A program made the position numbers and the translations under genes. This document shows positions 58,201-64,000 of a stretch of DNA of 64,000 bases, piece after piece. The notes below the pieces were generated by a model. The model made no database searches. It saw nothing but the letters and a program-made list of their open reading frames with translations, and was not told the origin of the DNA. The stretch lies in the IMG/VR virus record IMGVR_UViG_3300046665_000548, positions 372,001 through 436,000 of that record, one strand, 5' to 3'. Position 1 is the first letter of the stretch. The number at the start of each line of letters is the position of its first letter.

Positions 58201-60299
58201 TTATGAAGCGTCTGTGTCGTGTAGTGGTTGGCCAGTCCGTATGACGTAAAGAATCTGTCGTACTTAGTCGCATCGCGGTTAGTATCGCCATAGTACGTAT
58301 CAGGATCGCCACCTACGCCATTGTATTTCGGCGGATCAATCGTCTCGCCTTCAATTCTGTCGCCAATGATTCTGAAAAAGTCATACGTCGGCTCGCGAGC
58401 CCAGGTCACGAGAGAATTTTCGAATACCAGTTCACCTTTCGCGTCGTGCTCTACGAAACGCTGAATGATCGGGTCCCACGTCGGTCCATCTGTGAACATG
58501 AAAATGGCGCAACCGCCATAGATCAGTCCGGGGTCCTTGACGCGATGCGGATGCACCATTCGACGCATTTGGCAGCAATTGTAAATGCGGAAATGCGGCA
58601 CCTTGTAGTAAACTTGGTCGCGACGGTCTGCGAGTTTCCAGATTGTGCCATCAAAGAAATATTCGATGATACGGTCGGAGTAATCATAAGGAAACGCATC
58701 GAGACCGTAGACGAAGCGACGAGCGGCTTCTATTGGATCGCGTGCGATTTCTCGATTGTCGTTGTATCTCGGCAATTCATCGTAAGGCACATAACCCTGC
58801 GGGTTCAAAGCTACGATATCGCCCTCTTTCGGAACGGTAGTGACTTCCATAACCAGCGTGTTCGTGTCCCTCAAAAGGACAGCGGTCAGGATGCAATTTT
58901 TTAGCGTTCCGTTTGTGTTTTCCAAAACCAAGATGCGGTCGCCAGGGCCGACTGGGTAGTCGGCATCGACAAACACTGTTCCGGTTTCTTTACCACTGGC
59001 ATCAGCGAGTGGGATACGAGTTAACGTCACGCCAGCAGGCGGGCTAGGATCACGCCCAACACGCACCCCGCGTTCGCGATGGAGAACTACCGAGCAGTAA
59101 TTAGGCTCGCCAGACAGCGTGCAACTTACGTCTGGGAGACGATTGATACCGTAACGGAAAAGCTCGATGTTCGGAATGAATTCGATGATAGGACGAGCAC
59201 CGCGACGATCTGGAAACTTTTGATCGGACCACGCAAAACTATCATGGTGCACCCAGTAGTTCAGGCGGCTCCAGTGGTTTCGGTCACGCGAACGGCGATC
59301 AATGAGTGAGTGGATCGGCAGCATTGCATCTACATGCATCGGCACGACTTCGAACTCGACCAGCATGATTTTGGTGCCGACGCCTTCTACCCAGAACTCG
59401 GGGTATTTCTTGTCAGCATCCCATGGCATTTCTCGAATACCAAGGTCCCAGCCGAAACGTTCGAATGCTGGAAGCGAGAAGCGACCAATGAATTCTTTAC
59501 GAAGCTGCTGGTCAAGGGGGTAATGATCATACGAATGGAAATACCAAAGGGCATCATCAAGGAACACACGCATATTGGACGTGAGTGTGGTTACGCCTTG
59601 GTAGTTGAACGCGCTAACGTCGCAATTCTCCATCCCCTCAAGCATGAATTTGAGGTTGCCGTAGCGATAAACTCGGACCTCCGCACCCTCGGGAGGAATA
59701 ACGGAAGCGTTTGCAAAACCGTTTATCACTTCCGCATCAACAAGCAGACCATCAACGAACAGCATGACCGATTCGCGGTCACTCGCGATACCGTCTACCG
59801 CTTCTGGGATCGGAAAAGCTGCCTGATTGCCGTTAGCGAAAGTCGTGGTGTAGCCCGGCGACAGATTCAGGCGCGGAAGGATGTTTGGATTGTCGCCAAA
59901 CCAGTAATATTGACGGAAGTTGTTCAGCTTGTCGAAATCGATTGGAGGCGCATAGCTGTAGATTTCATCCGAGAACAGGCGATTGTGATCGGACACGTTG
60001 CCCGAATTAGACCGCAGATAGTTGATGAAATCCTCGTAGAAGAGAATTCGCTTTTCGCCTTCCGAAGGATTGCTGTACATGATCGGCTCAAGCTGGTGCT
60101 CGCTTCGAATCACGCTGGGTTCAGGAATATAAAACTCCGTCAGCGGATCGTAGTAACTCGGCTTTTGGCCGATGTACCCGCTCAACTGCTCCGGCTTACC
60201 CGGTTGAAACATATGATCGACCGTTGAGCCAAAGAATTTCTTCAGCGGCTCAGTGCGGTTGATTTCCGGGAGTTGATTTATAAACCTGCGCTTATCCAT
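49287..60299 (-). CDS. Giant (3670 aa) baseplate wedge-like virion protein
   Basis: Single uninterrupted ORF coupled (TAATG) to gp6; a YIEEVKPYH..R motif resembles gp7-type wedge proteins. Confidence 0.75.
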   Translation of the reverse strand: MDKRRFINQLPEINRTEPLKKFFGSTVDHMFQPGKPEQLSGYIGQKPSYYDPLTEFYIPEPSVIRSEHQLEPIMYSNPSEGEKRILFYEDFINYLRSNSGNVSDHNRLFSDEIYSYAPPIDFDKLNNFRQYYWFGDNPNILPRLNLSPGYTTTFANGNQAAFPIPEAVDGIASDRESVMLFVDGLLVDAEVINGFANASVIPPEGAEVRVYRYGNLKFMLEGMENCDVSAFNYQGVTTLTSNMRVFLDDALWYFHSYDHYPLDQQLRKEFIGRFSLPAFERFGWDLGIREMPWDADKKYPEFWVEGVGTKIMLVEFEVVPMHVDAMLPIHSLIDRRSRDRNHWSRLNYWVHHDSFAWSDQKFPDRRGARPIIEFIPNIELFRYGINRLPDVSCTLSGEPNYCSVVLHRERGVRVGRDPSPPAGVTLTRIPLADASGKETGTVFVDADYPVGPGDRILVLENTNGTLKNCILTAVLLRDTNTLVMEVTTVPKEGDIVALNPQGYVPYDELPRYNDNREIARDPIEAARRFVYGLDAFPYDYSDRIIEYFFDGTIWKLADRRDQVYYKVPHFRIYNCCQMRRMVHPHRVKDPGLIYGGCAIFMFTDGPTWDPIIQRFVEHDAKGELVFENSLVTWAREPTYDFFRIIGDRIEGETIDPPKYNGVGGDPDTYYGDTNRDATKYDRFFTSYGLANHYTTQTLHNGVFSVPSQLRANADNDCISYITGAQLREHTTTIIQNQQNFVGSPNASNNYRDSKKDINLGRTLVQHRSPMLKAMLLASDKRFDLFDSIRFVDKEYVLFRNKFVSMISELLRTGDRLVSDGADLWVDTILSRMTLAKTPDFPFSLSAMIPGAFIPPTAAFMGLLPCYEPEIQVDTSFSTNVTMIRGHDGSRTPAFGDLRDDIILVLEKRIYNNIAAVFKSVDDAFEYAFDWWNYVNGAYRPALTDGGDLRQKTSTCSASLPPNNASVDSDSSVNPEFSAAKRRFTRDEIVDIYTPTFMRWAQVNGLDFRVNDGYQEADPFTWNYRGVSDKFGNSMPGHWRAIYRWYFDTDRPHQVPWEMLGFSTKPTWWEAEYGPAPYTRGNSGLWSDIANGIIRNGAREGIDPRFVRSNLLSILPVDDDGALLDPIAAGIVLHTPSYDDAKRAWKVGDHGPVENLWLNSSSWPFAKAMIAGLIRPAEFTELCWSKIDVSDNGQILPRDGRRVGISRNYDRTEIRNPDISRVHGEIGASGEPLSMPGIQQWVSEYLISNARSPSELGEALRGLEVRLAHKMAGFTNPKNLRVFADNFGIIPDEDIEVLYHESPPLREVIYSGVIIEWTGNGYRVVGYDGSKEYFCVEPGEENGPKSLISIGQDPVIYEWKSNVYYPVDRIVEHEDSAYKAIISHTSSGKFEPEFWKAEPGVTKRFPRAFVTDVGTGTLEMVPYDTVFESIQDVAEFLRSYSRWLEKCGWVFDAVDDDTSEVQDWNTATKTFMSWAQMKWQPGNFIALSPGASSLTFVSDHGLVYGLEDVHNGVYGLLDRTGRPIARRSTFVSRLDETTKIITTTDNMFAARARVGEAEHVIIFSNLTIFNDVIYVPLFDLRQPRLRLLGMRSSDWKGRRDAPGYIVNGAELVPNFEKTTTDIREMFEIEKADNRDFREHARHVVGYQNRSYLDNLLLSETAQFEFYQGMIQQKGAPGVFNKLSRSDFIDQNRDLRFLEEWGLHVGRYGAIDKKTLVSFRLITADIRNNPQYVDFGSSHSNDGIIGFGSADTRWVEMAPNTRQVFPTYGTPKVSAATMAAEKFLPTAGYVRRDEVDYSVFRPSDLTALYMGNKDITTGSRLWMYERRGDKSWDVLQGYTIGSSNNAVRFIDTVREDAVLLNTFRVTFTEPHNLTDADLGLNILISGDTHTTPNFEGFCELAEIDSAASIIINGTGKKGISYEESPGSVTVPTLAIFRSLRFTTVSQMTQFFTRFTPMLNQIVYVDDATPNNSGLQKRWGAYKFNGNIWAVYRAEPRKIETHRMSSALIFDLITKQTDMALTAEPMQMDKITILDPTAGLISGAAEKELTFKLEYDPARYSIGLNDQWGSNEVGMLWWDLSAVRYLECQTDITDSTDIVRNKVEIDYRVANWTKLAPNTSVDIYEWTRTTEAPAEDNPDMAPGAQYVEKLEYDNRTNQMVTAYYFWQRNVATTPVGVTGRKISARQVSQLLTDPIGQNIPWVSPITVSGLLMGGLEQYLNDATTVFQFEVAKDDYDGVIHNEWQLMLRADKTAVPPAPIWKKLQDSLVGFNEFRVRTPDQSVPARHRVGLEMRPVQSMFDISVARAIGAGRLSFTGMVNILLGRSNIMFDRPSAVSYLKAKTPTFEKLVWSMPQGSDLIEPPPVNSYDFATDSVEGLHEYFFELYGDYVNGFRPWDRYTWDTVAFDFDTTLRFNYSKRSPRVLLRNYNGPLKTWSIWEIDQSISDPGERFNPDKLLRIASNFDIKVADRTALATLLTFEPPAEGTRILIENDSTAGGFWTTWFYRPSSNLSDVQGLVIQNTQTYNVQDFWTITDWYATGYSASKPPVVSYPTMVDRNNTEGTDPRNVFVRIANDGAGWAWTAFDGDHWVVVAREKGTIRLSDEFNNTARVPFARSTFINLPDVVNRDGSWELRQIIHALRQFILTNAEINELFFSMIHFLHSVQDQVDWAFKTSFLVVRDFNERLGQPPIQTYDPTGNLLSYIEEVKPYHLKTRDFSRILTPDIDVAAVHVTDFDKPLYFDPDTQEYRTLQISNAADALVLQNQQPWKNWYDNYLNASFDPADSNYNPVRRLNISLLFDRIDPGLTPLEQGYGWDYPPMDVIPFDTLWNVSGFQTPSALSRMLAFYEPRLGMREKDVETLFNTNFKGLDVEGGELYVPHLPDLRDWDIRPYDTLPLETEIITDRDVDISGGLAEETQYNPYAIHRTAFGLVDPYHDRKHPEEFVPVHGNDHVAIRVKSEWVKGAPNQYTAYVRTAHIRSATIELSYQNVAQSLESVFVYRDGIRLKMTDDYTIDHFARTITVQMSAPRPKVITAHIIGSAGTSAIVEQRYFDCVGGSSFELFDAPVGPVEVLLDGVVMDDDAYTINGPQIVLDSVPDVGQQVTINVYGPPSDNEVTVMTRTHQEELAYNVGQSWNLANRTLLLGAGASLEHIGTIVEGNGVRLTPPFTRYGRFDFENNHRQLLIKPVADLSNLQIWIDDQLYTGAIARGTSVADALQNNNLAPIVIVQDKLVQTSPSVNSNRVVVCIFEDHDYVVSGGVLTVTKQYAKSDYDVKQSGWDTYQYDIVIPPDDNTRIVSTTFENPALMGIQTHSFRGSGISEYFIPFKVPSIDYLLVTKNGKFLTPGLEFSASPIDDRILSNYDFDSGGWDSYDHDSFMFTDSGGTLVYIPGTQIASDKIVVMAFTGNPARLPNEWVAMTKQSGLGLMGDLAFSADWDVAPIDTFRLESTVPAVEKTEFGMRSVYKMNGTWDVIELSYQRTGTLVDDLTDDSDTITVHLNPYKVSNFLMPPQALPQPYDGSPGVIWINGERIEYYNIDQNNNTATLTDLRRGTLATRVGEEQRNLSVYSSNGTTTEYPLQNADINGNIEVSVVDVSGTTTALNFGLHFSASRNGSDLLITLNEAPEAGSKILLAQSAPATVHLAGSVVRHAVPSAYERSPFMIKEEGGFWSEVVD

Positions 60300-63200
60300 T
60301 ATGCCATTCTCAGATTGGTAGGAGTATTAGACTGTATAATAGTTATATCCGTTACTTGAGCGGTAGAAATGAAAAGCTCATCGCTGCGCGATTGTACTTC
60401 AAAACCGTCGCCAAATACTCCGGTATCGGATTCAGGGACAAGGACGAATGACGAGATGGAGATCGCAAGTTGCTGGTGCACATAGGCGGCAAGCTCGGTG
60501 AAATAGAAAGTCTCACCAAAGTCCCATCGCTCGGCCTTGAAGAATTCATCAATGGCCTTGATCACGCGGCTTTTGATTTCGCCATCGCTCATTGAGGAGT
60601 TTGCCAGACGAACGACCTTAAATTTAGCGCGAAGCATCGCGTCAGCGCCGGTTCCGAACAAATACTTGTAGCGGACAGGACGCCAGATGATTTCGTCTGA
60701 AAACATCTTGAAATTTTCGAAGTTTGCAAACGACATACGCAGATCGAGTTCAGTCGGTGCTGTCGGCAGGCTACGCGCCAAAGCTCCGTTTGCAATCCAA
60801 TCCCGCGTGAGGAAATCGTATTCGGATGTCAGGACGAAGATATCAATGATGTTGGTCTTGGCCGGATCGATACGGCGATCAGAAGGAGCAAAATGCTTCC
60901 ACTGGAAATACATTCTAGCGCCAATCGGAACAGGACCAACCGTTCCGCCTTGTTTGATCCATTTCGCTCCGACATTCGGACCATGGCCAACGCCATAGCG
61001 GAAGGCTCTTTGCTGAAATGTCCAGCCAGTATCCGTCTTAAGCCAGAAGCTGAATGGGCGAGCGCCGTTGATTTGGAACGCAACGGTGCCCGTAGCCACC
61101 AAATCATCGACCTGTCGATCTTGATCGCTTTCATAAACGACCATTGAATAGTACGGAGCCCACAGAAGATCGGGCTTGCGATACCAAAACAGATACGAGT
61201 TCTTGGCGTCATCTGGGTTTACGATGTTGTAATAGGTGTTCGGTACATCTGGATAGCCATCCGCGTCTTTGTCGCTGAAACGGATAACGATACGATTCGG
61301 ATCACCGAAACCATCGGCGTAATAGATCATTCGATCCACGGTCAGATCATAGTCTTGGTTCAGCGGCTGACCCGTGTTTGGATCAGGGTTCACCTTCAGC
61401 ACACGGATGTAGTCTTCGTCTTGCTGGCGAAGCAGGGACTCGACCGCTTTTTGACCATCAAAATAGAAGCGGACGTTCTCGATGCTTTCAAATACGTAGC
61501 GAAGACCTTTGGTGCGGAAGCGCCACAATGCGTTACTAACGTAATCCGCACTCATGATTTTGATTGCCGTATCGGAACGATTTGGCAGGTCATCAAGATT
61601 GGCTGGATCGCGCAGGGTCCAGTGGTTCATGCCGTCTGGAGAGTTGTAATCATACCAGAGCGTAAAAGACAGACGATTGACCAGTTTCGCAAGAATCGCC
61701 TGCGTAATTGTGTTCGACAGCGTGGAAGCATAGCGCGGCAGAATTCTTGTTACTATCCAGCCGCTCTCGATGCCCTGGGATAGCATAATAGGGCCTGGGG
61801 AGCCTTCTCCTGGAGGGGAACTAGGCGTACCGGTGCGATCACTTACAGTGACCCACTGCCCATCTCCGCCGCCCGGAGGAGTAATGAAAAGCATCGCTCC
61901 GGGGAGAAGGAGGTCTGAGTTAGCGTTGAACCAGCCCGTGCTGCTGAAACGACCATCGCTTACGCGGTACCAAGTCATCCCACCCGGTACCGGAATCGCT
62001 CCACGGCGCGTGTCCTGAATAAGAAAATCGTGAACGTAGTTGAACGCATCGCTAGATTTTACCGATGGTTGAATGTACGTACCCAGAATGGCATCTGCAC
62101 TGACGTTATCGCTGAGCGGAATTTCAACGAAGGTTGTCTGGGGTTCCTTGTAGAACATACCATCGTCGGAAAACACGTTGGTGTCTTGATAATTTCCGGT
62201 CGGATCGTTCAGATCGATGAAACGCGAATGTCCCGAATAGACTCGATTTACGGCCTTAATCTTGGTCGCAAGGTTGGACTGGAGCGGGAACGCATTGTAG
62301 TCCTCACCAGAGACCATGCGGTTCTGTGTCGAGTATACTTGCGGAGCGCGCAGACGAATCTGTTCTTCTGTCTCTGCCGGAGCAGAGTTCGATACAGGAG
62401 ATTCCAGACCCAAGGTGATGGTTAGCGTGCGCTGAACGCCGCGACGATTGAAGTAAGGAACATCAATCCTGATCTGCGACATTTCGAACGGACGGATTTG
62501 ATACTGCTGGCCATTAGACGAGCGATACCATGCACGAAGACGCCCGACTGGTGCTTCACCGAAACGACCATCACCGAAACGCAGTGTGATCTGATCTTCA
62601 TCACGAGTAGTAACGGAGAAAACCTTGCGAATGTCAGCAGGGATCGAGTTGAACGTGATGTTCTCGTTCAACATCAGGGGGACCTTCTCCCACTGTGCAG
62701 TGACATCACCGTTGTCGTCCAGCGATTGGACCCAAACGTCTGTATCATTGATGTTTGCCACATCGATATCAATCGTCTGGTTTTCGATTGGGTTCAAAAT
62801 GTTATACTGAGCACGCTTCAAGATGCCTTGACGGAAACCCATGAAGAAACCAGTGTCCGCGCTAGCATTGCCGTTTCCGTCAGTGCGATAGAGCATGTGG
62901 AGCGCGGCTTCGGTATTCGGGGTACGCTCGGTGATGCCAAGCGTTTCGTCAAAATCGGTATTGATGACTTCGAAATCCATCGTATCGCCGCCAACCTTTG
63001 CAGCGTAAGAAAGATCGAGGTCGGCAAATCGAGAATTGATGCGGTACTGCTGCGTCTTCACACCAGCCAGTGTTCCATTCTTCAATGGGACGCCGAACGG
63101 GTTGGTGGAAACGAACACGCTGTTCAGAACCAGGACGATACGCTCAAACCAATCCGGATCGTCCGGGTTGTTCCAGTTCAGAATTCGATTCTGTAGATTG

Positions 63201-63604
63201 TTACCAAGAGCATCGTAAACGTCATCGTCTGTTTGGATCGCCTGAACCTTCAGGAGACCGCGAGCAGCTTGATTACGGCGAGGATTGTAGGAGAGAAAGC
63301 GGGCAAGGCGCAAAATGCTCTCGCGAGCCTCTGCCTTCTCAAGAAAGTTTTCACGGGCATTGATGTCGGTCTTGAACGCAAGAATGCCGGAAAGCCACGC
63401 AAGCAGATCGATAATCGCGATGAACTCGGAAGATTCGATCCAGTCGTTGAAATCTTCAGGATAGTTGACGCGGATGTACTCGCGAAGCGCAGCAGAGATC
63501 GTCTGAGGATCGGAAGAGTTGAAATTGATTTGCGTGAAAGCGCGGTATAGAACCTGCCAGTCTTGGGCAGCGAACAACTCGCTCTGGCGTTGAACGGAAG
63601 ACAT
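60299..63604 (-). CDS. Baseplate wedge protein (T4 gp6-like)
   Basis: NYPEDFNDWIESSE, NARENFL..ARESILRLARFLSYNP, FGDGRFGEAP, QNRMVSGEDY. Confidence 0.9.
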   Translation of the reverse strand: MSSVQRQSELFAAQDWQVLYRAFTQINFNSSDPQTISAALREYIRVNYPEDFNDWIESSEFIAIIDLLAWLSGILAFKTDINARENFLEKAEARESILRLARFLSYNPRRNQAARGLLKVQAIQTDDDVYDALGNNLQNRILNWNNPDDPDWFERIVLVLNSVFVSTNPFGVPLKNGTLAGVKTQQYRINSRFADLDLSYAAKVGGDTMDFEVINTDFDETLGITERTPNTEAALHMLYRTDGNGNASADTGFFMGFRQGILKRAQYNILNPIENQTIDIDVANINDTDVWVQSLDDNGDVTAQWEKVPLMLNENITFNSIPADIRKVFSVTTRDEDQITLRFGDGRFGEAPVGRLRAWYRSSNGQQYQIRPFEMSQIRIDVPYFNRRGVQRTLTITLGLESPVSNSAPAETEEQIRLRAPQVYSTQNRMVSGEDYNAFPLQSNLATKIKAVNRVYSGHSRFIDLNDPTGNYQDTNVFSDDGMFYKEPQTTFVEIPLSDNVSADAILGTYIQPSVKSSDAFNYVHDFLIQDTRRGAIPVPGGMTWYRVSDGRFSSTGWFNANSDLLLPGAMLFITPPGGGDGQWVTVSDRTGTPSSPPGEGSPGPIMLSQGIESGWIVTRILPRYASTLSNTITQAILAKLVNRLSFTLWYDYNSPDGMNHWTLRDPANLDDLPNRSDTAIKIMSADYVSNALWRFRTKGLRYVFESIENVRFYFDGQKAVESLLRQQDEDYIRVLKVNPDPNTGQPLNQDYDLTVDRMIYYADGFGDPNRIVIRFSDKDADGYPDVPNTYYNIVNPDDAKNSYLFWYRKPDLLWAPYYSMVVYESDQDRQVDDLVATGTVAFQINGARPFSFWLKTDTGWTFQQRAFRYGVGHGPNVGAKWIKQGGTVGPVPIGARMYFQWKHFAPSDRRIDPAKTNIIDIFVLTSEYDFLTRDWIANGALARSLPTAPTELDLRMSFANFENFKMFSDEIIWRPVRYKYLFGTGADAMLRAKFKVVRLANSSMSDGEIKSRVIKAIDEFFKAERWDFGETFYFTELAAYVHQQLAISISSFVLVPESDTGVFGDGFEVQSRSDELFISTAQVTDITIIQSNTPTNLRMA

Positions 63605-63617
63605 ACGTTAAAACTCC

Positions 63618-64000
63618 TCAGTCGCCTGAATATGCAATGGATTGGTTCTTCTGAAACGTAGCAAACATCGTGTCCACAATACCCCATCCAAGAAACTCAA
63701 GGGTATTTTCAACTCGCACACCCTGGTCAAAATCGACAACAACGGTGCGAACAAGTTTCACACGGGGATCGGACTGACAAATGCGCACGGCATCATCAAT
63801 GATCTCTTGTCGAATGACGGATGTTAGTTGCTCGTCCAGCAAGTCCCAAATGCGCGACCCGAAATTAGGGCGCATCACGCGCTCGCCAATTCTCGTCATA
63901 AAATGATTGAGAAGATCGCGCTTGATGAGATCAATATCCGTCAGCACCCAAGACATGGTGCGTTCGGCGTCAATCGTGCTGAATCCTCGGAAAGATTTCT
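63618..64000 (-). CDS. Baseplate wedge protein (gp25/GPW-like), 5' end outside the window
   Basis: FRGFST.., DLLNHFMTRIGERVMRPNFGSRIWDLL, DPRV. Confidence 0.9.
   Translation of the reverse strand, partial: KSFRGFSTIDAERTMSWVLTDIDLIKRDLLNHFMTRIGERVMRPNFGSRIWDLLDEQLTSVIRQEIIDDAVRICQSDPRVKLVRTVVVDFDQGVRVENTLEFLGWGIVDTMFATFQKNQSIAYSGD

Noticed and set aside
1-64000. CRISPR array or tRNA genes
   Set aside because: No regularly spaced direct repeats or cloverleaf structures were seen by eye; a computational scan was not possible.
1-64000. Alternative genetic code (stop-codon reassignment)
   Set aside because: Very long ORFs (up to 3670 aa) are intact in the standard code, and TAA, TGA and TAG all end genes at tight gene junctions.

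Overview
This window is part of a T4-related contractile-tailed jumbo phage genome in the standard genetic code. The host is probably alphaproteobacterial (Hyphomicrobiales), judging by a phage-borne Ros/MucR regulator and a BTLCP cysteine protease. It contains: portal; tape measure with a divergent gp26/gp51-like chaperone pair; GIY-YIG homing endonuclease; Holliday junction resolvase; SbcCD (gp46/47); gp55-like late sigma factor; a tube/LysM/hub/gp5 baseplate block; and on the minus strand gp25, gp6, a 3670-aa wedge-like protein and fibre genes. The outstanding feature is a ~19 kb minus-strand modification locus (27455-46514) directly downstream of the fibre genes. It holds three glycosyltransferase-like genes, eight radical SAM enzymes with N-terminal twitch/SPASM-like domains in two subfamilies, an SGNH-like protein, a NodU/CmcH carbamoyltransferase, and an unannotated 29-aa basic peptide gene ending DPFIY with its own late-type promoter. 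Other signals read directly from the DNA: a canonical -1 frameshift cassette (T TTT TTC plus hairpin) joining the gp26-like and gp51-like ORFs; a ~150-nt probably pseudoknotted non-coding RNA candidate; a nine-member family of small proteins ending in an F-x4-(D/H)A-x2-F(K/R)L-x-(F/W)-like motif; a gp5 apparently split by a subtilase-Ig-M23 gene; RBS-sequestering hairpins; and recurrent TAAATA late promoters, several of which imply leaderless mRNAs. All product calls come from motif recognition by eye; no database searches were run.
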